This document shows, piece by piece, positions 9,726-19,303 of a DNA stretch of 35,491 nt. A program made the position numbers and the translations under genes. The notes under the pieces were generated by a model, which was given only the letters and a program-made list of their open reading frames with translations, was not told the origin of the DNA and searched no databases. Source of the stretch: Collinsella sp. (GTDB lineage: Bacteria; Actinomycetota; Coriobacteriia; Coriobacteriales; Coriobacteriaceae); NCBI GenBank assembly GCA_020025115.1, contig JAHHSP010000001.1, positions 1 to 35,491 of the forward strand, read 5' to 3'. The first letter of the stretch is position 1, and the number at the start of each line of letters is the position of its first letter.

Positions 9726-10667
9726 TTAAGCCTTGAGGCTGAGACCCATGGACTCAAGCTTGTCCTTGACTTCCTCGATCGACTTCACGCCGAAGTTGCG
9801 GATGTTCAGCAGGTCGTTCTCGGAAAACTCGACCAACTGACGCACGGAGTGAATGCTGGCGCGCTTGAGGCAGTTGTAGGAACGGACGGAAAGGTCCAGA
9901 TCCTCGATCTGCCTATCAAGCTCGGCATTGTCGCTCGTGACCTCGGGCGCGAAGATGGAGACTTCCTCCTCCGCCTCGGGCTCATCGGCCAGCGTCATGA
10001 ACGCGGCCATGTGCTGGTTGATGATGTTGGCAGCGGAGACGACGGCGTCGCGTGGCGACAAAGCACCATTGGTCTCGATCTCGAGAACCAGGCGGTCGTA
10101 GTCGGTGTGCTGACCAACGCGGCAGGCCTCGACGAGCTTGGCGCAGCGCTTGACCGGCGAGAAGAGCGAGTCGACATGAATGATGCCGATCGGATCATTG
10201 TCGCGCTTGTTCTGCTCGTAGGACACGTAACCGCGGCCATACCCGATGCGCATGCTCATGGTCAGATGACCGCCCTCGGTGAGGGTGGCGATGTGCTGCT
10301 CGGGGTTCACGAGCTCGAACTCGGACGGGATGAAGAAGTCAGCGCCGGTAACCTCGCAAGGACCGTCGACTGAGATAGTCGCAGTGCCCTCGTCCGTGGT
10401 ACCGAGCGTGCGGAACACGAGACCCTTCACGTTCAGAACGATGTCGGTGACATCCTCGACCATGTTGGGAATCGTGGTGAACTCGTGCTGGGCGCCATCG
10501 ATCTGGATGGCCTCGACGGCTGCACCCTCGAGCGAGGACAGCAGCACACGGCGCAGGGAGTTACCCAGCGTGTCGCCGTATCCACGCTCCAGAGGCTCGA
10601 CGGAGACGCGCGCAGCGGTGTCGCTGATCTCCTCGACGTGAACCTGGGGCCTGATGAATTCTGACAT
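9726..10667 (-). CDS. rpoA: RNA polymerase alpha subunit
   Basis: EPLERGYGDTLGNSLRRVLLSS; LDLSVRSYNCLKRA; NFGVKS. Confidence 0.99.
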   Translation of the reverse strand: MSEFIRPQVHVEEISDTAARVSVEPLERGYGDTLGNSLRRVLLSSLEGAAVEAIQIDGAQHEFTTIPNMVEDVTDIVLNVKGLVFRTLGTTDEGTATISVDGPCEVTGADFFIPSEFELVNPEQHIATLTEGGHLTMSMRIGYGRGYVSYEQNKRDNDPIGIIHVDSLFSPVKRCAKLVEACRVGQHTDYDRLVLEIETNGALSPRDAVVSAANIINQHMAAFMTLADEPEAEEEVSIFAPEVTSDNAELDRQIEDLDLSVRSYNCLKRASIHSVRQLVEFSENDLLNIRNFGVKSIEEVKDKLESMGLSLKA

Positions 10668-10696
10668 GTAATACCTCCAGCGTAGCGCGCGAACGA

Positions 10697-11293
10697 TTAC
10701 TTCGAGTAAAGCTCGACGATGAGCTGCTCGTTGATATCGCCGCTGATCTGGTCACGAGAGGGCAGCGAGATGACGTTGCCGGAAAGCTTCTCGATGTCGA
10801 CCTCGAGCCAGCCGGGAACCTCAAAGCGCTCGGAGGAGATGAGGGCCTCCTTGATGGGGAGCAGGTCGCGGAACTTCTCGCCCACGGCGATGACGTCGCC
10901 GGCCTTCACGCGGTAGGACGGAATGTCAACGCGCTTGCCGTTCACGGTGAAGTGACCGTGGCGAACGGTCTGGCGAGCCTCTTTGCGGGTGCGGGCGAAG
11001 CCGAGGCGGAACACGACGTTGTCGAGACGGGTCTCGAGGATGGTCATGAGGTTCTCACCGGTGACGCCGTCCATGCGGAGGGCGTTCTCATAGTAGTGGT
11101 GGAACTGCTTCTCAAGAACACCGTAGATGAACTTGACCTTCTGCTTCTCGCGCAGCTGCATGCCGTACTCAGATTCCTTGCGGCGGCGCTTGGGCTGGCG
11201 GATAGATTCCTTCTTGCTGCTGTAACCCAGCTCAACGGGATCGATCCCGAGCTGGCGGCAGCGCTTGAGAACCGGAGTCCTGTCGATTGCCAT
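10697..11293 (-). CDS. rpsD: 30S ribosomal protein S4
   Basis: SEYGMQLREKQK; LETRLDNVVFRLG; INEQLIVELYSK. Confidence 0.99.
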   Translation of the reverse strand: MAIDRTPVLKRCRQLGIDPVELGYSSKKESIRQPKRRRKESEYGMQLREKQKVKFIYGVLEKQFHHYYENALRMDGVTGENLMTILETRLDNVVFRLGFARTRKEARQTVRHGHFTVNGKRVDIPSYRVKAGDVIAVGEKFRDLLPIKEALISSERFEVPGWLEVDIEKLSGNVISLPSRDQISGDINEQLIVELYSK

Positions 11294-11312
11294 AGTAAAT
11301 CGATCCTTTCAG

Positions 11313-11720
11313 TTACACGCGGCGGCGCTTCTTGGGGCGGCAGCCGTTGTGCGGAATGGGGGTCTTGTCCTGGATGCTGGCGACCTCGAGGCCGGCGGCC
11401 TGGAGGGAGCGGATCGCGGTCTCGCGGCCCGAACCGGGGCCCTTCACGAAGACGGCGACCTTGTGCATGCCGTGCTCCATGGCGGCCTTGGCGCAAGCCT
11501 CGGCGGCCATCTGGGCGGCAAACGGGGTCGACTTACGGGAGCCCTTGAAGCCCACCGTGCCGGCCGACTGCCATGCGATGACGTTGCCCGCGGGATCGGT
11601 GATGGAAACGATGGTGTTGTTGAACGTAGAACGGATGTGAGCCTGGCCCACGGAAATGTTCTTACGGTCGGCGCGCTTGATACGGGTGGCGGCGCCGCGC
11701 TTGTTCTTTGCAGTAGCCAT
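11313..11720 (-). CDS. rpsK: 30S ribosomal protein S11
   Basis: [28 protein letters not shown]. Confidence 0.99.
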   Translation of the reverse strand: MATAKNKRGAATRIKRADRKNISVGQAHIRSTFNNTIVSITDPAGNVIAWQSAGTVGFKGSRKSTPFAAQMAAEACAKAAMEHGMHKVAVFVKGPGSGRETAIRSLQAAGLEVASIQDKTPIPHNGCRPKKRRRV

Positions 11721-11736
11721 TATGCGTCAGTCTCCC

Positions 11737-12111
11737 TTATTTCTTCTTCTTGGCACCGATCTGACGCTTCGGACCCTTGCGGGTACGAGCGTTGGTGTGG
11801 GTGCGCTGACCGCGAACGGGGAGGCCCTTGCGGTGACGAAGGCCGCGGTTGCAGCCGATGTCCATGAGGCGCTTGACGTTCTGGGAGCGCTCGCGACGGA
11901 GATCGCCCTCGACCATCAGGCCGTTCTGATCAATGTAATCGCGGATCGCCGAGATCTGCTCCTCGGTGAGGTCCTTGATGCGGGTGCCGTCGACAATATT
12001 GAGATCGGCGCACATCTTCGATGCGGTGGTGCGGCCGATGCCGTAGATGTAGGTCAGACCAATCTCCGCACGCTTCTCGTTCGGAAGGTCGACACCGTTA
12101 ATACGGGCCAC
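11737..12111 (-). CDS. rpsM: 30S ribosomal protein S13
   Basis: [29 protein letters not shown] start. Confidence 0.99.
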   Translation of the reverse strand: MARINGVDLPNEKRAEIGLTYIYGIGRTTASKMCADLNIVDGTRIKDLTEEQISAIRDYIDQNGLMVEGDLRRERSQNVKRLMDIGCNRGLRHRKGLPVRGQRTHTNARTRKGPKRQIGAKKKK

Positions 12112-12126
12112 TGTGGGTCTCCTCTC

Positions 12127-12240
12127 TTAGCCCTGGCGCTGCTTGTGGCGCGGGTTCTCGCAGATCACGAGAACCTTGCCATGGCGGCGGATGATTTTGC
12201 ACTTATCGCACATCTTCTTGACGGAAGGGCGTACCTTCAT
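12127..12240 (-). CDS. rpmJ: 50S ribosomal protein L36, zinc-ribbon form (below the ORF-track cutoff)
   Basis: Manual translation [46 protein letters not shown]. Confidence 0.98.
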   Translation of the reverse strand: MKVRPSVKKMCDKCKIIRRHGKVLVICENPRHKQRQG

Positions 12241-12388
12241 CGTTCTTCCTTTCGGTAGTGCTCAAGCTACAAGGTGGAATGTTATCTACTCGCCCAGCCG
12301 CAGGCGTTTACAACGAATGGCTGGATGCGCGGGACCGGCATTGGGGGTAGAGCACTCCCCCTTCTCCTGCACCGCGCACATACTGTCG

Positions 12389-12607
12389 CTACTTATAGCG
12401 ATAGGTGATGCGGCCACGAGTGAGGTCATACGGAGACAACTGCACCGTGACTTTATCGCCCGGGAGAATGCGGATGTAGTTCATACGAATCTTGCCGGAG
12501 ATCGAGCAGAGAACGGACACGCCGTTCTCCAGCTCAACGCGAAACATGGCGTTGGGCAGCGGCTCAGTGACCGTACCTTCAAGTTCGATGGCGTCTTCCT
12601 TCTTCAA
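12389..12607 (-). CDS. infA: Translation initiation factor IF-1
   Basis: [31 protein letters not shown] and [13 protein letters not shown] motifs. TTG at 12607 gives the canonical 72 aa; ATG at 12616 is the alternative start. Confidence 0.97.
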   Translation of the reverse strand: MKKEDAIELEGTVTEPLPNAMFRVELENGVSVLCSISGKIRMNYIRILPGDKVTVQLSPYDLTRGRITYRYK

Positions 12608-12665
12608 GGCAATCATCTTTCTCTTGAAAACGACAGCAGCATTGCATATTACTACATGCCAACGT

Positions 12666-12688
12666 GCGATTGGGAAATTCCCAATCGC
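12666..12688. repeat. Perfect 11-1-11 palindrome between map and infA
   Basis: GCGATTGGGAA-A-TTCCCAATCGC. Confidence 0.85.
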
Positions 12689-12726
12689 TACATAATTTTT
12701 TCCTGACCCACCCCTGATGGATCAGC

Positions 12727-13515
12727 TTACATAGCGCCACCGGACATCGAGCACCACGGGCCCTTGGCATCCTGGGTGAGGATCACGGGACCGTCCTCGG
12801 TGATGGCCAGCGTGTTCTCGTAGTGAGCCGCGGGCAGGCCGTCATTGGTGCTGACGAGCCAACCATCCGCTCCGGTGTGCACGCGGTTGGAACCAAGCGT
12901 AATCATCGGCTCGATGGCGATGACCATGCCGGCCTCGAGCCTCACGCCACGACCCTTCTTACCGTAATTCGGCACGTTGGGATCCTCGTGCATGGCACGG
13001 CCTACGCCGTGACCGACGTAATCGCGGAGAACGCCATAGCCGTTGGCCTCTGCGAGGGACTGCACGGCATGACCGATATCTCCGATATGATTGCCGGGAA
13101 CGGCCTGCTCGATACCGGCCTTCAGGCAGTCGAGCGTGCACTCGCACAGACCCTGGACCTCGACGGAGGGGGCACCGACGTAGAAGGTCCACGCATTGTC
13201 CCCCACCCAACCGTCGACGATGGCGCCGGTGTCGATCGAGATGATGTCACCGTCACGCAGGATGATGTCCGGATTGGGGATGCCGTGGACCACGGCATCG
13301 TTCAGCGAGGCGCAGATGGAACCGGGAAATCCGCCGTAGCCCTTGAAGGCAGGGGTTCCACCGTGCATGCGGATGATCTGCTCGGCGAGCTGGTCGAGCT
13401 CGAAGGTGGACACGCCGGGACGAATCATCGCCCCGACATGACGGAGCGCCATCTTGGACAGCGCTCCGGCCTTCTTCATCTGCTCAATTTCGGCGGCAGA
13501 CTTGAACTTGATCAT
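12727..13515 (-). CDS. map: Methionine aminopeptidase type I
   Basis: VVHGIP, DIISID, GHGVG...HEDP, AIEPM and AAHYENT motifs. Confidence 0.98.
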   Translation of the reverse strand: MIKFKSAAEIEQMKKAGALSKMALRHVGAMIRPGVSTFELDQLAEQIIRMHGGTPAFKGYGGFPGSICASLNDAVVHGIPNPDIILRDGDIISIDTGAIVDGWVGDNAWTFYVGAPSVEVQGLCECTLDCLKAGIEQAVPGNHIGDIGHAVQSLAEANGYGVLRDYVGHGVGRAMHEDPNVPNYGKKGRGVRLEAGMVIAIEPMITLGSNRVHTGADGWLVSTNDGLPAAHYENTLAITEDGPVILTQDAKGPWCSMSGGAM

Positions 13516-14138
13516 AGACCGAGCTCGTTCTTCACATCGGCGTACACCAGATCGATGTCGCGGTTGCCGTCGACGACCTTGAGGATACCCTGGCCGCGAT
13601 AATACTCGACCAGCGGGCTGGTGTTCTTCTCGTACACATCGAGGCGATTCTTGATGGTCTCCGGCTTGTCATCATCGCGCTGATACATCTCACCGGAGCA
13701 AGACGGGCACACGGCGGTGTCCGGACCCGCGGTGTAGCCGCAGTCTCGGCAGGTGCGACGAGAGGACAGTCGATCGATGATGGCCTCTGCCGGGACATCG
13801 ACCAGCAAAGCCGCGTCAAGCTCGCGATCCATGGCGGCAAGCTCGGTATCGAGCGTGACGGCCTGGGTGGCGTTGCGCGGGAAGCCATCGAGGATGAAGC
13901 CCTTCTGGGCATCATCGGCGGAAAGGCGCTCTTTGACGAGATCGATCACGAGCTGATCGGGAACGAGCTCGCCGGCATCCATATACTTCTTAGCGGCAAC
14001 GCCGAGTTCGGACTGAGCCTTGACGGCGGCGCGAAGCAGATCGCCGGTGGAGATATGGGCCACGCCGTAGTCGGCAACGAGGCGCTGGGCCTGAGTGCCC
14101 TTGCCGGCGCCAGGGGCGCCCAACAACACGATGTTCAT
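13512..14138 (-). CDS. adk: Adenylate kinase (Cys4 LID)
   Basis: GAPGAGKGTQA, HISTGDLLR, LDGFPR; CRDC...CPSC. Confidence 0.99.
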   Translation of the reverse strand: MNIVLLGAPGAGKGTQAQRLVADYGVAHISTGDLLRAAVKAQSELGVAAKKYMDAGELVPDQLVIDLVKERLSADDAQKGFILDGFPRNATQAVTLDTELAAMDRELDAALLVDVPAEAIIDRLSSRRTCRDCGYTAGPDTAVCPSCSGEMYQRDDDKPETIKNRLDVYEKNTSPLVEYYRGQGILKVVDGNRDIDLVYADVKNELGL

Positions 14139-14156
14139 AAGAGACTCCTTTGAGAC

Positions 14157-15443
14157 CTACTTGAAGAAACCGTCGTAGTCGTACATCTTGAGCTGGCTTT
14201 CGACCTTGTCGATGGTGTCCATCACAACGCCGACCATGATCAGGACCGAAGTACCGCCAAAGGCCTGGATGAGCGCGTTGTTCGTGAAAGAGAACACGAT
14301 CGACGGGACGATGGCGATCAGCGCGAGGAAAATGGCACTCGGAAGCGTGATCTTGTTCAAGGCATTCTTGATGTATTGCGCTGTCTGCTTGCCGGGGCGA
14401 ACGCCGGGGATGAAACCACCCTGCTTCTTGAGGTTTTCAGCCGTCTCGTCCGGGTTGAACACCATGGACGTATAGAAGTAGGCGAAGAAAACGATAAGGA
14501 CGACGTTCAAGATCCAGTTGATCCAACCGCTGGACAAGGCGCCGGCAAAGGCCTGCATCCAACCAACGTTGGGGAAGAAGACCGCAAGCTGCGCCGGGAA
14601 GTACAGCAGGGCGCTCGCGAAGATGATCGGGATGACGCCCGCGGTGTTCACCTTGATCGGCAGATAGGTGGCCTGACCGCCCATGATACGACGACCGACG
14701 ACGCGCTTTGCGTACTGCACCGGGATACGACGCTGACCGCGCTCGAGATAGACGACGAACGGGATGACGCACAAGATCACCACGAGGATGACGAGCGTAG
14801 TGATAACGCCCATGTTACCGCCCTCGATGGACTGGAAGATAGCCTGGGGCAGACCGGCCATGATGTTGGCGAAGATGATCAGGCTCATGCCGTTGCCAAT
14901 GCCACGCTGGGTGATGAGCTCACCGATCCACATGATGAGCATGGCGCCGGCGGTAAGCGTCCCCACGATCATGATGTCGAAGATGATCTCGGGGGCACCC
15001 GCACCGTTGAACTGGATACCGAAGCTCTTGAAGAGGAAGAGGTATCCGACGGAGTTCAGCAGGGCGAGACCAAGCGTGAGGTAGCGGGAGTACTGAGTGA
15101 TCTTGGTCTGACCGACCTCACCCTCACGGGCCAGCTCATGCAGGCTGGGCACGACGGACTGAAGCATCTGCATGATGATGGAGCTCGTGATGTAGGGCAT
15201 GATGCCCAAGGAGAAAACGGCCACGTAGGAGAGCGCACCGCCCGAGAAAAGATTCAGAAGAGCCATCGCACCGCTGGCGAACGTGTCACCAGCGGATTGG
15301 AAAAGGCCCGACATCGCCTGGAAGGGGATGCCGGGCACGGGAACGTGTGCACCGATACGGTACACAACGAGCATCGCGATGGTAAAAAGAATCTTTCCGC
15401 GGAGTTCTTTGATGCGGAAGGTATTCTTCAAACCAGTTAGCAC
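14157..15443 (-). CDS. secY: Preprotein translocase SecY
   Basis: LGIMPYITSSI, GIGNGMSLIIF, FIPGVRPG and FGGTS motifs; GTG start overlaps the end of rplO. Confidence 0.99.
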   Translation of the reverse strand: MLTGLKNTFRIKELRGKILFTIAMLVVYRIGAHVPVPGIPFQAMSGLFQSAGDTFASGAMALLNLFSGGALSYVAVFSLGIMPYITSSIIMQMLQSVVPSLHELAREGEVGQTKITQYSRYLTLGLALLNSVGYLFLFKSFGIQFNGAGAPEIIFDIMIVGTLTAGAMLIMWIGELITQRGIGNGMSLIIFANIMAGLPQAIFQSIEGGNMGVITTLVILVVILCVIPFVVYLERGQRRIPVQYAKRVVGRRIMGGQATYLPIKVNTAGVIPIIFASALLYFPAQLAVFFPNVGWMQAFAGALSSGWINWILNVVLIVFFAYFYTSMVFNPDETAENLKKQGGFIPGVRPGKQTAQYIKNALNKITLPSAIFLALIAIVPSIVFSFTNNALIQAFGGTSVLIMVGVVMDTIDKVESQLKMYDYDGFFK

Positions 15444-15886
15444 GGAAGCTCAACCTTTCCGCCGGCGGCCTCGATCTTGGCCTTCGCAGAAGCGGAGACC
15501 TTGTCGACCTTGACCGTGAGCTTCTTGGTCAGCTCGCCGTCGCCGAGCACCTTGATGGGCTCGAACTCGGACTTTGCGATACCGGCGGCCTTGAGGGACG
15601 CACCGTCGACAACCGCACCGTCCTCGAACTTGACCTCGAGGGTGGCGACGTTCACAGCGGTGAACTCGATACGACGGGGGTTCTTGAAGCCGGGGAGCTT
15701 GGGGAGACGCATCGCGAGCGGGGTCTGACCGCCCTCGAAACCGGCGCCCTTGGTACCGCCAGAGCGGGAGCCCTGACCGTTCAGGCCACGACCGGCGTAG
15801 GTGCCGCCCTTGCCGGAGTTACCGCGACCGACGCGCTTACGGCTATGGGTGGAACCCTGAGCCGGAGTAAGGTCATGAAGCTGCAT
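15437..15886 (-). CDS. rplO: 50S ribosomal protein L15
   Basis: RVGRG; GFEGGQTPL; AKAKIEAAGG. Confidence 0.99.
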   Translation of the reverse strand: MQLHDLTPAQGSTHSRKRVGRGNSGKGGTYAGRGLNGQGSRSGGTKGAGFEGGQTPLAMRLPKLPGFKNPRRIEFTAVNVATLEVKFEDGAVVDGASLKAAGIAKSEFEPIKVLGDGELTKKLTVKVDKVSASAKAKIEAAGGKVELPC

Positions 15887-15888
15887 TG

Positions 15889-16068
15889 TTACTCCTCCAC
15901 AATCTCAACGAGATGCTTGACCTTGAAGATCATGCCGCGCACGCCCTCATTGTCGGTGATCTCGCGGGTGTCGTTGATGCGATGCAGGCCGAGGGCGCGC
16001 ACGGTGCGGCGCTGGTCCTCCTTGCAGCCATTGATGCTGCGAACCTGCTTGATCTTGATGGTAGCCAT
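15889..16068 (-). CDS. rpmD: 50S ribosomal protein L30 (below the ORF-track cutoff)
   Basis: Manual translation MATIKIKQVRSINGCKEDQRRTVRALGLHRIND...VRGMIFKVKHLV; canonical position between rpsE and rplO. Confidence 0.97.
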   Translation of the reverse strand: MATIKIKQVRSINGCKEDQRRTVRALGLHRINDTREITDNEGVRGMIFKVKHLVEIVEE

Positions 16069-16070
16069 GC

Positions 16071-16601
16071 CTAGTTCTCCTTCTTGCCAACAAACATCTC
16101 GGAGACGGTGAGGCCGCGGCGGGCAGCGACATCCTCAGGGGTGGAGAGCTGCTTGAGACCCTCGGCAGCGGCCTTGATGATGTTCAGGCCATTGTCGGAA
16201 CCGAGCGACTTGGACAGAATGTTCTTGATGCCGGCCAGCTCGAAGAGCGGACGAACGGCGCCGCCGGCGATGACGCCGGTACCCTCGACAGCGGGGCGCA
16301 TGATGATGCTAGCAGCACCGAACTCGCCCTGGACGTCGTGAGGAATGGTGCCCTCAGCGGTCACGGGGACGTGGAACATGTGCTTCTTGGCGTCGATGGA
16401 GGCCTTGGAGATGGCCAGCGGCACCTCCGCGGACTTGCCCATGCCCAGGCCGACGTTGCCCTTGCCGTCGCCCACGACCACGAGGGCCACGAGGCTCATG
16501 CGGCGACCGCCCTTGACAGTCTTGGCGACGCGGTTGATGAAAACGACGCGCTCCTCGAACTCGGAGGCCTCGCGCTGCTGCTTCTGCTGATTACGAGCCA
16601 T
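16071..16601 (-). CDS. rpsE: 30S ribosomal protein S5
   Basis: [21 protein letters not shown]. Confidence 0.99.
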   Translation of the reverse strand: MARNQQKQQREASEFEERVVFINRVAKTVKGGRRMSLVALVVVGDGKGNVGLGMGKSAEVPLAISKASIDAKKHMFHVPVTAEGTIPHDVQGEFGAASIIMRPAVEGTGVIAGGAVRPLFELAGIKNILSKSLGSDNGLNIIKAAAEGLKQLSTPEDVAARRGLTVSEMFVGKKEN

Positions 16602-16612
16602 GCTCTTACCTC

Positions 16613-16975
16613 CTAGAATTCGAGACCGGCGGCGCGGGCACCGTCGGCGAGGGCCTTGACGCGACCATGGTAGATGCGACCACCGCGGTCGAAGGAAACG
16701 GTCTTGATGCCGGCCTCGAGGGCGCGCTCGCCCACGAGCTTACCGACCTTCTCGGCAGCCTCCTTGTTGCTGGTGGCCGTGCCCTTGAACTCGGCCTCGA
16801 GGGTGGAGGCGGAGACGAGGGTGTGACCCTTGGTATCGTCGACAATCATGGCGTAGATGTTGGCGTTGGAACGCACGACGCGCAGACGCGGGCGAGCCGG
16901 GGTGCCAAAGATCTTGCCGCGGACACGGCGCTGACGACGCTTGAGGCCGGCGCGCTTTGCCTGTTGCTTGTTCAT
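16613..16975 (-). CDS. rplR: 50S ribosomal protein L18
   Basis: [23 protein letters not shown]; start ATG 16975 after AAGGAG. Confidence 0.98.
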   Translation of the reverse strand: MNKQQAKRAGLKRRQRRVRGKIFGTPARPRLRVVRSNANIYAMIVDDTKGHTLVSASTLEAEFKGTATSNKEAAEKVGKLVGERALEAGIKTVSFDRGGRIYHGRVKALADGARAAGLEF

Positions 16976-17043
16976 GTGAAACTCCTTATGAAGTCCTGCC
17001 AGCACCTGACGGGGTGCTGGTCTTACGACGTGGAAGCGCTCTA

Positions 17044-17580
17044 CTACTTAGCGGCCTTGCCGAGCTTGCGGCGGATGTGCTCGCCCAGGTAGTGGATGCC
17101 CTTGCCCTTGTAAGGCTCCGGCGGACGCTTGGCACGGATCTCGGCGGCAACCTGGCCGACCTGCTGCTTGTCGATACCCTTGACGTGGATGTGGGTGTTG
17201 TCCGGGCACTCGAAGGTGATGCCCTCGGGGGCGGTGTAGATCACCGGGTGCGAGTAACCCAGGGACAGGTCCAGATCCTTGCCCTTGAGCTGGACACGGT
17301 AGCCAACGCCGGCAAGCTCGAGGATCTTGGTATAACCCTCGGAGACGCCGGTGACCATGTTCTGGATCAGGGCGCGGGTGAGGCCGTGACGGGCACGGGT
17401 CTCACGCTCGTCGTCGGGGCGGGAGACGGTCAGCACGCCGTCCTCGACCTCGATGGTGAGCTTCTCATAGAAATCGGCCTCAAGGGTACCCTTGGGGCCC
17501 TTCACGGACACGTGAGTGCCGTCAACTGCCACTTCGACTCCGGCGGGAATCTGGACAGGCTTCTTACCGATACGAGACAC
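17044..17580 (-). CDS. rplF: 50S ribosomal protein L6
   Basis: [20 protein letters not shown] start at 17580 after AAGGAG. Confidence 0.98.
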   Translation of the reverse strand: MSRIGKKPVQIPAGVEVAVDGTHVSVKGPKGTLEADFYEKLTIEVEDGVLTVSRPDDERETRARHGLTRALIQNMVTGVSEGYTKILELAGVGYRVQLKGKDLDLSLGYSHPVIYTAPEGITFECPDNTHIHVKGIDKQQVGQVAAEIRAKRPPEPYKGKGIHYLGEHIRRKLGKAAK

Positions 17581-17614
17581 GGTGTTCTCCTTTCCTTCTA
17601 CTCGCCTAAGCGAA

Positions 17615-18013
17615 TTACCAGATGAGGGCGATGACCTCGCCGCCGATGCCCTTCTTGCGAGCATCGCGGTCGGCCATGACACCCTGGCTGGTGGAAACAA
17701 TGGCGGTACCGAGGCCGCCGCGGACGCGGGGGAGGTCCTTCACGCCGGCGTACTTGCGCAGACCAGGCTTGGAGAAGCGCTTGATGCCGTTGATGACCTT
17801 GGCCTTCTTGGGACCGTACTTGAGGGTGATGTGCAGGGTCTTCGCGGGGGCGGTGTCCTCAACGGTATAGCCCTCGATGTAGCCCTCCTCGTAGATGACT
17901 CGAGCGATCTCGACGAGCTTCTTGGAGCTCGGCATCGAGACCTCGGCCTTGTTCGCAGCATTGCCGTTGCGGATGCGCGTGAGCATGTCTGCGATCGGGT
18001 CGGTGAGATTCAT
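17615..18013 (-). CDS. rpsH: 30S ribosomal protein S8
   Basis: [18 protein letters not shown]. Confidence 0.99.
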   Translation of the reverse strand: MNLTDPIADMLTRIRNGNAANKAEVSMPSSKKLVEIARVIYEEGYIEGYTVEDTAPAKTLHITLKYGPKKAKVINGIKRFSKPGLRKYAGVKDLPRVRGGLGTAIVSTSQGVMADRDARKKGIGGEVIALIW

Positions 18014-18139
18014 GTGGATTCTCCTTCGTTCTTGATGAGTCCGTGCCCTCGGTACTCCCCCACCCTTAGCGGGGAAGCCTGTAAGGCACGTCTTCCGTAC
18101 GCTCCGTCTCTCAGGCGAGACGGGCGCGCTGGCAGTGAC

Positions 18140-18325
18140 TTACCAGCTGGCCTTCTTGATGCCGGGAAGCTCGCCCTTGAGCGCCAGCTCGCGGAAGCAG
18201 ACACGGCACAGGCCGAACTTGCGGTACACAGAGTGCGGACGGCCACAGCGCTGGCAGCGCGTGTACTCGCGGGTCGAGAACTTCTGCTTGCGATTGCACT
18301 TGACGATCATCGATGTCTTAGCCAC
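18140..18325 (-). CDS. rpsN: 30S ribosomal protein S14 type Z (zinc-binding)
   Basis: 61 aa; RCQRCGR...LCRVCFRE...KKASW. Confidence 0.98.
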   Translation of the reverse strand: MAKTSMIVKCNRKQKFSTREYTRCQRCGRPHSVYRKFGLCRVCFRELALKGELPGIKKASW

Positions 18326-18415
18326 TTATTTCCTCCTCACATACGTGTATATGCGCCTCGGACAGGCGGCACGTGCTCTTCGCGCACCGCCTGTGGAACC
18401 CGGGGCTTTAAGAAC

Positions 18416-18973
18416 CTATTTCTTGAACGGGAAGCCGAAGGCGTCGAGAAGGGCCTTGGCCTCTTCGTCGGTCTTCGCGGTGGTGACGATGGTGATGTCC
18501 ATACCACGGGTGTGGTCGACGGAGTCGAAGTCAACCTCGGGGAAGATGAGCTGCTCGGTGACGCCCATCGAGAAGTTGCCACGACCGTCGAAGGACTTTG
18601 CGGAGATGCCGCGGAAGTCGCGGATACGGGGGATGGCGACGGAGGTCAGACGATCGAAGAACTCCCACATGCGGTCACCGCGCAGGGTGACCTTGGCGCC
18701 GATGGGCATGCCAGCGCGCAGCTTGAAGGAGGCGATGGACTTGCGGGCGCGGGTGACCATGGGCTGCTGGCCGGTGATGACGCGCAGGTCGCGGACGGCA
18801 CCGTCGATAGCCTTGGAATCGGTGGCGGCCTCGCCGACACCCATGTTCACGACGATCTTCTCGAACTTGGGGATCATCATGACGTTCTCATACTGGAACT
18901 TGTCCTGCATGAGCTGCTTGACCTCGTCGTTGTACTTGGTCTTGAGACGGGGAATGTACTTCTCCTCAGCCAT
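18416..18973 (-). CDS. rplE: 50S ribosomal protein L5
   Basis: [24 protein letters not shown]; start ATG 18973 after TAAGGAG. Confidence 0.99.
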   Translation of the reverse strand: MAEEKYIPRLKTKYNDEVKQLMQDKFQYENVMMIPKFEKIVVNMGVGEAATDSKAIDGAVRDLRVITGQQPMVTRARKSIASFKLRAGMPIGAKVTLRGDRMWEFFDRLTSVAIPRIRDFRGISAKSFDGRGNFSMGVTEQLIFPEVDFDSVDHTRGMDITIVTTAKTDEEAKALLDAFGFPFKK

Positions 18974-19107
18974 TTTCACTCCTTACTGGGGTTTTAAGCA
19001 CGGGGTTGGCCACGTGGGTTAGCCTCGTGCCTCCTGACACGCGCCATGCCCGCGATGGCTGTCTTGGGCACGACAAATTTACGGCAGGAGCCGACAAAAC
19101 AGTCGTT

Positions 19108-19136
19108 ACTATACGCTTATGCGGGGACGATTGCCA
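19108..19136 (-). promoter_or_regulatory. Putative promoter for the distal spc segment (rplE onward)
   Basis: Minus strand TGGCAA-N17-TATAGT about 135 nt upstream of rplE; a promoter is expected here because the upstream gene is divergent. Confidence 0.65.
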
Positions 19137-19303
19137 CCGAAACTTCATGTGTGCAGGTAAATCCATAAATCGGGTCGCTACCGCACCTCGGCGATCTGGC
19201 CAAACGGCTACCTCAAAGCGTTCACATGGTCGAGACCTCATCACTTTATACTTGTTTAAAACCATCTCTGCTGAGAGCCTATATCTCTACTGGGAGCCTA
19301 TAT

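Noticed and set aside
19226..19303. N-terminal extensions in the ORF track (also for PBP, ECF, rplF, rplN, rplC and AI-2E)
   Set aside because: Downstream starts have SD sequences and match where family homology begins.
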